Part shown: positions 37,708 to 45,955 of the stretch, one piece after another
Position numbering within the stretch: position 1 is the stretch's first letter
How the letters are laid out: every line of letters starts with the position of its first letter
NCBI GenBank assembly: GCA_001002285.1
Contig: LCLX01000002.1
Location: forward strand, 3,827-67,826
Length of the DNA stretch: 64,000 nucleotides
DNA from: Microgenomates group bacterium GW2011_GWC1_46_15
Lineage (GTDB): Bacteria; Patescibacteriota; Microgenomatia; UBA1400; UBA12028
Direction of reading: 5' to 3'
Translations under genes and position numbers: made by a program
Notes under the pieces: model-generated
Databases searched by the model: none
What the model was told of the DNA's origin: nothing
What the model saw: only the letters and a program-made list of their open reading frames with translations

Positions 37708-38718
37708 ATGCCAAAAACGAAGACCGCTCCAAAAAAATCAGCACCTAAGAAATCAACACATGTCGATGAGCATAAAGATGCCCACGATCACACCGGGCAC
37801 GACCATGCTCATGACCACAACCATGACCATAATCATGGTGCTCCCGCAGCTTCCGATGCAGTTCCGCAGTCTTCCTTTGTCAGTGAAAACATCAAGTTCA
37901 AACTAACCGCACCATGGGCAGAAATTCAGAAATCATACCAAATCGCGCTCGACTCACTCGTCAAAGACGCGGAAGTTGATGGTTTCCGTAAGGGTAAAGC
38001 ACCGCGCGCACTGGTCGAAGAAAAAATCGGCAAATCAAAAATTTACGAGGCAACGATTGATCTTGTGTTGCCAAAACTGTATTCCGCTGCCGTTCACGAG
38101 AAAAAACTCCAGCCAATTGTCGCGCCGCACATCCATCCTATTTCGCTCGACGAGAACAAAGATTGGGTGTTTGAGGTGGAAACCGCCGAAGCGCCGGAAA
38201 TGAAACTCGGCGATTACAAAGACGCTGTAAAAACAGTTCGCGCAAAAAACGCACTGTGGACTCCGGGCAAAGACTTAGGAAAAGATCAAAAAGGCGAACA
38301 ACCTAGCGAGGAAGAACGATTGAAACAGATTTTTGGCGCGCTCCTTGAACACATTCACGTGGTTGTGCCAGAAATTCTCATCCGCGATGAGGTAAACCAA
38401 AGTTTATCCCAGCTTGTTCGCCAGCTTGAAAAAATGCGGATTCCGCTTGAGGACTACTTAACCTCGGTCAGCAAAACCGCCGACCAGCTCCGCCAAGAGT
38501 ACGCGATGTCCTCGCTTGCTACGCTCCAGCTCGAGTTCATCATCTCTACCATTGCCGCGCAGGAAAACATTGGTGTTGAGGAAAAACAAGTAGACGAAGT
38601 GATCCAAGCACTGCCAGATGAAAATATCCGCAAGGCAAACAACACTCCTCAGCAAAGAAATAACATTAAGGCGAACCTGATTAAGCGCAAGACTGTGGAC
38701 TATCTATTGGCGCTGTAA
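37708..38718 (+). CDS. tig: Trigger factor lacking the PPIase domain, with a His-rich N-terminus
   Basis: GFRKGKAP ribosome-binding motif; 336 aa; C-terminal domain present. Confidence 0.88.
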   Translation: MPKTKTAPKKSAPKKSTHVDEHKDAHDHTGHDHAHDHNHDHNHGAPAASDAVPQSSFVSENIKFKLTAPWAEIQKSYQIALDSLVKDAEVDGFRKGKAPRALVEEKIGKSKIYEATIDLVLPKLYSAAVHEKKLQPIVAPHIHPISLDENKDWVFEVETAEAPEMKLGDYKDAVKTVRAKNALWTPGKDLGKDQKGEQPSEEERLKQIFGALLEHIHVVVPEILIRDEVNQSLSQLVRQLEKMRIPLEDYLTSVSKTADQLRQEYAMSSLATLQLEFIISTIAAQENIGVEEKQVDEVIQALPDENIRKANNTPQQRNNIKANLIKRKTVDYLLAL

Positions 38719-38820
38719 GTTTTCACCCAATCTGGTCTAGCTTTTAGCCCTATCCATCCCGCTTTCCTCTGGAAATCCCACTTTTATTTGACATAAAAAT
38801 TGTGATATAATGCCCCGAAT

Positions 38821-39501
38821 ATGGCTATGACTCAGTTAAAACCACCTGGCAACACAACCTCACAGTCGAACGGCGGCGCATCATCGAATAACTTCGCGAA
38901 GGCTCTTCTTGAGACCGGCGGTCATGTCGTGCAGTCCACCGTTGATAGCGGTGTCCAGATGGCGGCAGACGCGCTTGGTTCCTTGTTTGGCGCGGGTGGA
39001 TCAAGGTTGCCCGACACCTCACCGGATAATCAGAACGAAAACACGCAAAATAACCAGCGAAACGGTGAACAATCCTTCAACCAGGAATCCCAGGAGCAAG
39101 AGTGGAAAAAGCGCGAAATGCGCATGCTCCGCCATAGAGAAGTCCAACAGGTTGAAGTGTTCAACAAACAGGATGTTGAAACAAAACAGAAAATCGAACA
39201 GTTGCTCGAGCAGTTGAAGGCGTTGACCAAAGACTTGAGCCAAGCTGATCGCAGTGCGCGTGAAGCGCAAATCGCGGTCATGCAAGGCGCGGTCAATCCT
39301 GGCGAGTACCACGCGACATTTTTCGAAAAACTTATTAAAGTCGTGATGCTTCTGCGAAAAAAGGTTCAGGAATCCACATCGTGGATCGAACAGTTTAACT
39401 CAAGAAAATCGGCGCAAAAAGGCTACTGGGGCCAGTTCTACACGAACGGCACTCAGTGGTCGATGTCCCAAGAACGTTCTCTTGCCACAAGCGTCGGGTA
39501 A
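38821..39501 (+). CDS. DUF5660-like protein
   Basis: NPGEYHATFFEKL...W...KGYW...GTQWSMSQER; upstream TTGACA...TATAAT. Confidence 0.7.
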   Translation: MAMTQLKPPGNTTSQSNGGASSNNFAKALLETGGHVVQSTVDSGVQMAADALGSLFGAGGSRLPDTSPDNQNENTQNNQRNGEQSFNQESQEQEWKKREMRMLRHREVQQVEVFNKQDVETKQKIEQLLEQLKALTKDLSQADRSAREAQIAVMQGAVNPGEYHATFFEKLIKVVMLLRKKVQESTSWIEQFNSRKSAQKGYWGQFYTNGTQWSMSQERSLATSVG

Positions 39502-39602
39502 TTTCTTTTTGTCGGTCGAAGATGGGGGCGAAATCAAGCCTGTGCATGCGGCGGGCAAAGTGTGGAAGTAGAGAAGTGGAGTGCAAAAAGTGAGAGGAAT
39601 AT

Positions 39603-40082
39603 ATGCCAAAAGAACAAGAAAAATCTACTGAAAGCGAACACGTGGTCGCTATTCTTGCGCGAGAATGGTCAATCATTGTGGAAGCCAACTTTTCTCAGTT
39701 GAACGAACATTATCCTGTTGGACTAAATACGACTATTGCGTGGATTGACCAACTTGTCCGTAGATATGGAATCGGACACATGAATGATATTACGCGTGCC
39801 GTTGATCTTCTCGCGCCAACGGTATGGAGAAGGAGACACCAACTTATCGTGCAAACACTTGACGCGCTAAATAGTGAACAACTCCGAGCGATATTGGCAA
39901 CTCACTCGTTCGCCGCATATTTTGGAAAAGAACTCACGTCAAAAGAAAAGTATGAGGCATTGCAGTGGACGGAATGGAAGTTGAGTATGTTGCCTAAAAA
40001 ACAGAATCAATTCATCAATGGATTGGCTGCCGAACTTTTTCAACACACAAAAGTTCTTCAAGATGCACCCGACTCTGTGTAA
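39603..40082 (+). CDS. Hypothetical protein
   Basis: 159 aa ORF with SD GAGG. Confidence 0.55.
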   Translation: MPKEQEKSTESEHVVAILAREWSIIVEANFSQLNEHYPVGLNTTIAWIDQLVRRYGIGHMNDITRAVDLLAPTVWRRRHQLIVQTLDALNSEQLRAILATHSFAAYFGKELTSKEKYEALQWTEWKLSMLPKKQNQFINGLAAELFQHTKVLQDAPDSV

Positions 40083-40114
40083 CATTCCACAGAGATGATA
40101 GAATATCCAAGATT

Positions 40115-40187
40115 GGGCGGTTGGCGAAGTGGTTATCGCGACTGATCGACATTCAGTAGGTCATAGGTTCGACTCCTATACCGCCCA
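40115..40187 (+). tRNA. tRNA-Val(GAC), C at position 33
   Basis: Cloverleaf; ACTGA-tcGACat-TCAGT. Confidence 0.9.
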
Positions 40188-40201
40188 CATCTGCCCAAAC
40201 T

Positions 40202-40930
40202 ATGATATTTGCGGAACATTCTAGACGAGGAGTATGGCTTTCCGTTGCTGGCGTGATAGGAGTGGGGAAAACCACTCTTTTTGATCGTTTGAAAAAAGAG
40301 GTCCCAAATAGTCTTCTCTTTCGAGAGGAATGGGAAAGAAATCCATACCTCAAAGATTCATATAAAGAACACCCTTCTTCTGTATATCTTTCTCAACGTT
40401 GGTTTCTGGAAACAAAAGCAAAACAAATACGGACAATTCAGAAGGTATTGCGTCAAAAAGTTTTAATTCTTCAAGAACCCCCTTTGGGGGCAGATTTTGC
40501 ATATGCCGCAACTTTGCATGATGAGAAAAAAATTTCCGATGAAGACTGGGAGAAATATCTTAGGCGATTTCATTATCTTGCGAATACACTTCCACATCCA
40601 ACACTCCTTATATATCTTTCCGCTACTGAGGATAATGTGATGTCACGGATTAAACGTCGTGGGCGTGATTTTGAAGTAAATATGAAGGTTGAACATATCC
40701 AAAGGCTTATACAATACAACGAACAGCAGATTCGAGAAGAGCAAAAACATCATCCTTTAGCTGTATTATGCATCGCAACTAACACACTCAATCTTGCCGA
40801 TAATAATCCTGATCAGCAACTTGTGCTTCGCATGATTCAGGACCGATTACAACGGCTTTTCCCACCCAAGGAAGAACCCATGCGAACAAATGGCCATGGG
40901 CCAATACGAAGACTCCGCGGGAGACGATAA
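40202..40930 (+). CDS. Deoxynucleoside kinase family protein
   Basis: GVIGVGKTT, NPYL..SY, PTLLIYL, RIKRRGRDFE. Confidence 0.85.
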   Translation: MIFAEHSRRGVWLSVAGVIGVGKTTLFDRLKKEVPNSLLFREEWERNPYLKDSYKEHPSSVYLSQRWFLETKAKQIRTIQKVLRQKVLILQEPPLGADFAYAATLHDEKKISDEDWEKYLRRFHYLANTLPHPTLLIYLSATEDNVMSRIKRRGRDFEVNMKVEHIQRLIQYNEQQIREEQKHHPLAVLCIATNTLNLADNNPDQQLVLRMIQDRLQRLFPPKEEPMRTNGHGPIRRLRGRR

Positions 40931-41010
40931 TTTTTTATGTCCGAAGAACAAGGATAACTCCCCCCTTCCGCCGGAAACATAACGTGTGATATACTTATTT
41001 TTAGTTATAC

Positions 41011-41150
41011 ATCTTCGCTGACCTGGCTACTAACCAGCGAGAAGATCGGCAACGTCACCGAATGGCGTGAATCAAGTCACACATCAGGATGGAACCGTCC
41101 GCACAACGCGGGCTCCTGAGCGGGGTGGCTTTTTTGTTATTTGGAGGAGT
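41011..41150 (+). promoter_or_regulatory. T-box riboswitch (ultrashort Stem I) upstream of thrS
   Basis: K-turn Stem I 41011-41046 with loop CUACUAA; pseudoknot; antiterminator TCAGGA-TGGAACC-GTCCGC-loop-GCGGGC-TCCTGA at 41084-41119. Confidence 0.8.
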
Positions 41151-42908
41151 ATGGCACAACATAATGATATGGATAAACAGCAGTACGACAACCTGCGTCA
41201 TTCGTGCGCGCACCTTTTGGCAAAAGCCGTGCGTGAACTTTGGCCGGGCGCCCATAACGCTATTGGGCCGGCTATCGAGCATGGTTTCTATCAGGATTTT
41301 GACATGGGAGATGTGAAAATTTCTGACGATGATCTTCCAAAAATCGAACACAAAATGCAGGAGATTCTTCCCAGTTGGAAAAAATTTACATTCCAAGAGG
41401 TTTCGCTTGAAGAAGCACTAAGGCTTTTTAAACACAACCCATACAAAGTTGAACTTGCACAAGAGTTTACTGCAGAGGGGAAAAAACTCCAAACGAACGA
41501 TCCAGGAAACTTTCTTGATCTTTGCAAGATGGGTCATGTGGATCACCCGGACAAAGAGCTCGTCCACTTTAAACTACTTTCGATTGCCGGTGCGTATTGG
41601 CGGGGAAATGAGAAAAATAAAATGCTCACGCGCATTTATGGCACGGTGTTTCCCACAAAAGAAGAATTGGAAACATACCTTCATCAATTAGAAGAAGCAA
41701 AAAAGCGCGATCACCGCAAGTTGGGGAAAGAACAGGAACTCTTTTTAATTAGTCCCTCGGTGGGTTCTGGCTTTCCATTGTATATGCCAAAAGGAGCGTT
41801 GTTAAAACGCACATTAGAAAATTGGCTCATTGCCGAAAAAGAAAAGCGTGGTTTTACGTTTGTCTGGACGCCACATGTTGCAAAAAGTGAACTCTATAAA
41901 CAATCCGGACATTGGCAAAAATATGACGCCATGTTTCAACCGATGAAGATCGACGAGGAAGAATACGTTCTCAAGCCGATGAACTGTCCGCATCATTTTC
42001 AGATTTACAATGCGCGGCCACGAAGTTACCGGGAAATGCCATTATACCTTGCTGAAAACGCAACCGTCTACCGCTATGAAAAAGCGGGAGAGCTCAACGG
42101 ATTGCTAAGAGTCCGCGCGCTCACGCAGGATGATACGCACGCGTTTGTCCGGCACCAGGATATTGGCATAGAGATTCAAAAAGTTATTGATTTGACGTTC
42201 CATGTGTACAAAACATTTGGATTCAATGACTACAAAGCACGTGTTTCAATCCGGGATAAAAAAAATCTAGATAAGTACATGGGAAATCCAGCTACCTGGG
42301 ATAAGGCTGAAACAGCATTGGTTGATGCTGTAAAAAAGCAACACGTCGAGTACTTTATCGGCGATGGTGAAGCCGCGTTTTATGGACCAAAGATTGATGT
42401 TATGGTGAAAGACACGCTCGGAAGAGAGTGGCAGCTCACGACGATTCAGCTCGACTTTATTCAACCGGAAAACTTCGACATGAAGTTTACGAACGAAAAG
42501 GGTGAAGAAGAGCGACCAGCGGTCTTGCACATTGCAATCCTTGGTTCAGTTGATAGATTTCTTGGAATCCTCATTGAACATTTCGCCGGTGCGTTTCCAA
42601 CATGGCTCGCTCCAGTGCAGGCTGTGGTTATTCCCATCTCTCAGGATCAAAACGAGTACGCGGAAAAAGTGCTTGGCGAGTTGAAGGCCGGCGGTATCCG
42701 TGCGGAAAACTGGAATGAAGCAGAAAGCATGCAAAACCGTATCCGCAAAGCTGCGGGTGAAAAGGTGCCATATATTTTGGTTGTTGGAAAGCGGGAAGCG
42801 GAAGGGGAAACAGTGGCCGTGCGCAAGAGGGGCAACGTTGATTTGGGCGCGATGAGGGTGGAAAAATTTGTGCAAAATGTGAAAGAGGAAGTTGAGAAAA
42901 AGGTTTAA
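41151..42908 (+). CDS. thrS: Threonine--tRNA ligase (no TGS/N1 domain)
   Basis: RHSCAH, GAYWRG, KPMNCPHH, GEAAFYGPKID. Confidence 0.97.
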   Translation: MAQHNDMDKQQYDNLRHSCAHLLAKAVRELWPGAHNAIGPAIEHGFYQDFDMGDVKISDDDLPKIEHKMQEILPSWKKFTFQEVSLEEALRLFKHNPYKVELAQEFTAEGKKLQTNDPGNFLDLCKMGHVDHPDKELVHFKLLSIAGAYWRGNEKNKMLTRIYGTVFPTKEELETYLHQLEEAKKRDHRKLGKEQELFLISPSVGSGFPLYMPKGALLKRTLENWLIAEKEKRGFTFVWTPHVAKSELYKQSGHWQKYDAMFQPMKIDEEEYVLKPMNCPHHFQIYNARPRSYREMPLYLAENATVYRYEKAGELNGLLRVRALTQDDTHAFVRHQDIGIEIQKVIDLTFHVYKTFGFNDYKARVSIRDKKNLDKYMGNPATWDKAETALVDAVKKQHVEYFIGDGEAAFYGPKIDVMVKDTLGREWQLTTIQLDFIQPENFDMKFTNEKGEEERPAVLHIAILGSVDRFLGILIEHFAGAFPTWLAPVQAVVIPISQDQNEYAEKVLGELKAGGIRAENWNEAESMQNRIRKAAGEKVPYILVVGKREAEGETVAVRKRGNVDLGAMRVEKFVQNVKEEVEKKV

Positions 42909-43207
42909 TTTAAGCGATTGTTTTCAGGAACACCATTATTCCCCGCATTCCCAAATCTCAATGCGATACCATCACCACTAATCTCCATACAAAATATGTC
43001 GAGTTTTCGTATGAGTCCAAGATATGTCGCAAGCTGAATGGGATTGCAATTAATATGTTGAGCAATAGTCCCTTTTGTCGCCCTAATAATTTCAAGTATT
43101 CGACATAACTCCGCGCTGTGCGTTACATCATAAAGTTTTTGTACTTCTTTATGAGAAGAAAACACAATACGCACACACCCTTGTGATAAATAATAGATTT
43201 CTGCCAT
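42905..43207 (-). CDS. Hypothetical protein
   Basis: AT-rich ORF with SD AAGGA, antisense between thrS and infC. Confidence 0.5.
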   Translation of the reverse strand: MAEIYYLSQGCVRIVFSSHKEVQKLYDVTHSAELCRILEIIRATKGTIAQHINCNPIQLATYLGLIRKLDIFCMEISGDGIALRFGNAGNNGVPENNRLN

Positions 43208-43281
43208 ATCTTCGTCCTTTTCTCTCCCTTGCCTCAAGGCGGGTATGCCCTGTATAATACACCTTTGGTAAAGGAGGAGTC

Positions 43282-43836
43282 ATTAGCAAGGTATTCTACA
43301 AGATTAATCAATTTATCCAGGCGAACGAACTGCGCGTGCTGGATCAGTTCGGCAAGCAAATTGGTGTGATGTCGAAAAGTGATGCCCTGCAAAAGGCCCG
43401 TGAGCTTGGAGTTGATCTGGTTGAGTTTGCGCCAAAGGCGGTGCCACCGGTTGCAAAGTTGATTAGCTTCTCGAAGTTTAAGTACCAGCTCCAGCAAAAG
43501 GAGCAAGAGGAGAAAAAGAAGAATAAGGTTTCGGATATCAAGGAACTTCGCTTCACGCCCATGATCGCGAAGGGGGATTTTGATTCGAGAATCAAGAAGG
43601 CGCGCGGATATCTGGAAGACGGCGACAAGGTGCGCTTCTCGATGGAGTTCCGCGGAAGGCTGATCGCCCGCAAAGAGTTTGGCGAGCGGATTCTGCAAAG
43701 AGCTATCGAACAACTCAGTGAAGTCTCAACAATTGAGATTCCGCCAAAGTTGATCGGCAAGTTTATGATGGTGCAGCTCACGCCGACAAAAAAGAGAAAA
43801 CAGACTGAATCGAAAGAAACCGAAGTAAAAGAATAA
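43282..43836 (+). CDS. infC: Translation initiation factor IF-3 (ATT start)
   Basis: AAGGAGG then in-frame ATT; INQFIQANELRV, DLVEFAPKAVPPVAK, GDKVRF. Confidence 0.95.
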   Translation: MSKVFYKINQFIQANELRVLDQFGKQIGVMSKSDALQKARELGVDLVEFAPKAVPPVAKLISFSKFKYQLQQKEQEEKKKNKVSDIKELRFTPMIAKGDFDSRIKKARGYLEDGDKVRFSMEFRGRLIARKEFGERILQRAIEQLSEVSTIEIPPKLIGKFMMVQLTPTKKRKQTESKETEVKE

Positions 43837-43847
43837 GAAAGGAAAAT

Positions 43848-44066
43848 ATGCCCAGAAAACAACGCATCGGAGGAAAACAAAAAACACGGAAGGCCGCCGC
43901 GAAACGGTTTAAAATTACCGCAACCGGTAAGGTGATGGCACGTTCGCATAACATCCGCCACCTTATGCGCCATAAGTCAAAGCGCGCGCGCAGAGCAGGC
44001 GCCGTCCCGATTCAAATTAAAGGAAGATTCGCGAAGAAAATTAAACAGATGTTGGGATTAGCGTAA
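43848..44066 (+). CDS. rpmI: 50S ribosomal protein L35
   Basis: KTRKAAAKRFKITATGK. Confidence 0.95.
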   Translation: MPRKQRIGGKQKTRKAAAKRFKITATGKVMARSHNIRHLMRHKSKRARRAGAVPIQIKGRFAKKIKQMLGLA

Positions 44067-44094
44067 GATTGCAAACATAAAGTAAAGGAATATT

Positions 44095-44448
44095 ATGCCA
44101 AGAACAAAAACTGGTGTTGTCCGCCGCAAAGGCCACAAAGCCGTCTTAGCCCGCACAAAGGGTTTCCGCATGACCAAAAACCGCCTGTACAAGGTGGCAA
44201 AGGAAGCGGATCTCCACGCGGGGCAGTACGCGTTTATCGGCCGCAAACGCCGCAAGCGCGACTTCCGCAGATTGTGGGTCACCCGCATCAGCGCGGCAGT
44301 GAAACTCGTTGATGAAAAACTCAACTACAGTCGGTTTATTAAGGCACTCAAGGACAAAAAGATTTTACTGGACCGCAAGGTTCTTTCTGATCTTGCCATC
44401 CGCGATGAGAATGTATTTAAAGAAGTTGTAAATAGCGCGATGAAGTAG
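44095..44448 (+). CDS. rplT: 50S ribosomal protein L20
   Basis: RKRDFRRLWVTRISAA, LDRKVLSDLA. Confidence 0.97.
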   Translation: MPRTKTGVVRRKGHKAVLARTKGFRMTKNRLYKVAKEADLHAGQYAFIGRKRRKRDFRRLWVTRISAAVKLVDEKLNYSRFIKALKDKKILLDRKVLSDLAIRDENVFKEVVNSAMK

Positions 44449-44468
44449 AAAATTCTGTCCCCCGATAT

Positions 44469-44822
44469 ATGGAAAAACAAAAAAAAGCATCTAGAGATCG
44501 TGAGCGGCATTTTAGGAAAGAAAAATGTAAAGAGAAAATACCCGCTGATGATCGAGAAGAAGTTCTCACCATTGCACTTGTTAAGTATGATGAAACATAT
44601 GCACCTATTGCATTAGGCCAAGAAAAGCTGTTCTCTGACAAACGTGAAGACACCCCAAGAAAAAAAAGGATGGAGTTATATCTTCGGGGTCAAAAAGTGG
44701 AGTTACTGGAACAAGAATTTTATGCACTTCGATTTGCTATTGGGCAGTATCGAGCAAAAAAACATTCTCGATATGTTCCACCAAACCCACCAACAACACT
44801 CGATGGCTTACCACATAGATAA
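44469..44822 (+). CDS. Hypothetical protein
   Basis: AT-rich 117 aa ORF between rplT and pheS. Confidence 0.5.
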   Translation: MEKQKKASRDRERHFRKEKCKEKIPADDREEVLTIALVKYDETYAPIALGQEKLFSDKREDTPRKKRMELYLRGQKVELLEQEFYALRFAIGQYRAKKHSRYVPPNPPTTLDGLPHR

Positions 44823-44870
44823 GTATAGATAACTCCAGCACCCCCCGTTTTTTTCTGCTAAAATAATTGC

Positions 44871-45917
44871 ATGGCAGGAACACTTGATCAACTCCAAGAA
44901 AAAATTGCATCAGCAAAAAACGCTCTTCAAAAAAGTGCCTCCAATGTTGCGGAACTTGAAAAACAGTTTTTAGCCAAACACGGCACTGTGAACACGCTTA
45001 TGGCAGAGTTAAAAACGCTCGCTCCCGAACTGCGCAAAGAAGCGGGCCAACTTTTGAACGCATTCCGCCAGGAAGTCGAACACGTTGTTGCCGGAGCAAA
45101 AACGAGTCCTGCACGAGCTGGCTGGACCGACTTCACGATGCCGGGCATCAAGCCAAACACTGACCATGTGCATCCTGTTTCGCAGGCAATGGACGAAATT
45201 ACCCGTATTTTTGAGCGCATCGGCTTTATCCGCGTGCGCTATCCCGAGGTTGACTGGGAGTGGTACCCGTTTGACTCGCTCAACATGCCCAAAGACCACC
45301 CCGCCCGCGATGAGTGGGAAACATTCGTGATTGATGATCCATTTCGTCATTTCAAGCTTGGCAAAATGGTGCTGACACCACATACATCTAATGGGCAGGT
45401 CCGCGAGATGGAGCGGCTTAAAAGTACGCCGCCAATCCGCATGATTAACATTGCGCGGTGCTACCGCCGGCAGGCCGATGTTACACACACCGAGATGTTC
45501 CACCAATTTGAGGGGCTTGTAGTAGATAAAGGGATCACGATTCAGCATTTGAAGGGCACAATTGACCACTTTGCCCGCGAGTTTTACGGTCCAAAAGCCA
45601 AGTCACGCATCCGCCCGTTTCACTTTATGTTTACTGAACCTTCGTTTGAAGTAGATTTTTCATGCACAATTTGCGACGGAACCGGTCGCGTAAATGGCGA
45701 AAAGTGCCGATTCTGCAAGTCCGGCTGGCACGAAGTAGGCGGAGCGGGCATGGTCCACCCCAATGTACTGAAAGCGGGCAATATTGACCCCGAGAAATAC
45801 ACGGGTTTTGCGTTTGGCTGGGGCATTGAGCGCACATACACCCTGCGCAAAGGATTGAAACTCGATGATATCCGATTATTGTATAGCGGAGATATGCGGT
45901 TTTTGGAGCAGTTTTAG
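44871..45917 (+). CDS. pheS: Phenylalanine--tRNA ligase alpha subunit
   Basis: HPARD, HTS, FHQFEG, FTEPS, GFAFGWGIER. Confidence 0.97.
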   Translation: MAGTLDQLQEKIASAKNALQKSASNVAELEKQFLAKHGTVNTLMAELKTLAPELRKEAGQLLNAFRQEVEHVVAGAKTSPARAGWTDFTMPGIKPNTDHVHPVSQAMDEITRIFERIGFIRVRYPEVDWEWYPFDSLNMPKDHPARDEWETFVIDDPFRHFKLGKMVLTPHTSNGQVREMERLKSTPPIRMINIARCYRRQADVTHTEMFHQFEGLVVDKGITIQHLKGTIDHFAREFYGPKAKSRIRPFHFMFTEPSFEVDFSCTICDGTGRVNGEKCRFCKSGWHEVGGAGMVHPNVLKAGNIDPEKYTGFAFGWGIERTYTLRKGLKLDDIRLLYSGDMRFLEQF

Positions 45918-45955
45918 AAAGCACGTTTTAGGAGGCGCGCTTCGCGCGCAATACT

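Noticed and set aside
43282-43284. ATT start codon as a novelty
   Set aside because: This is the well-established autoregulatory start of infC.
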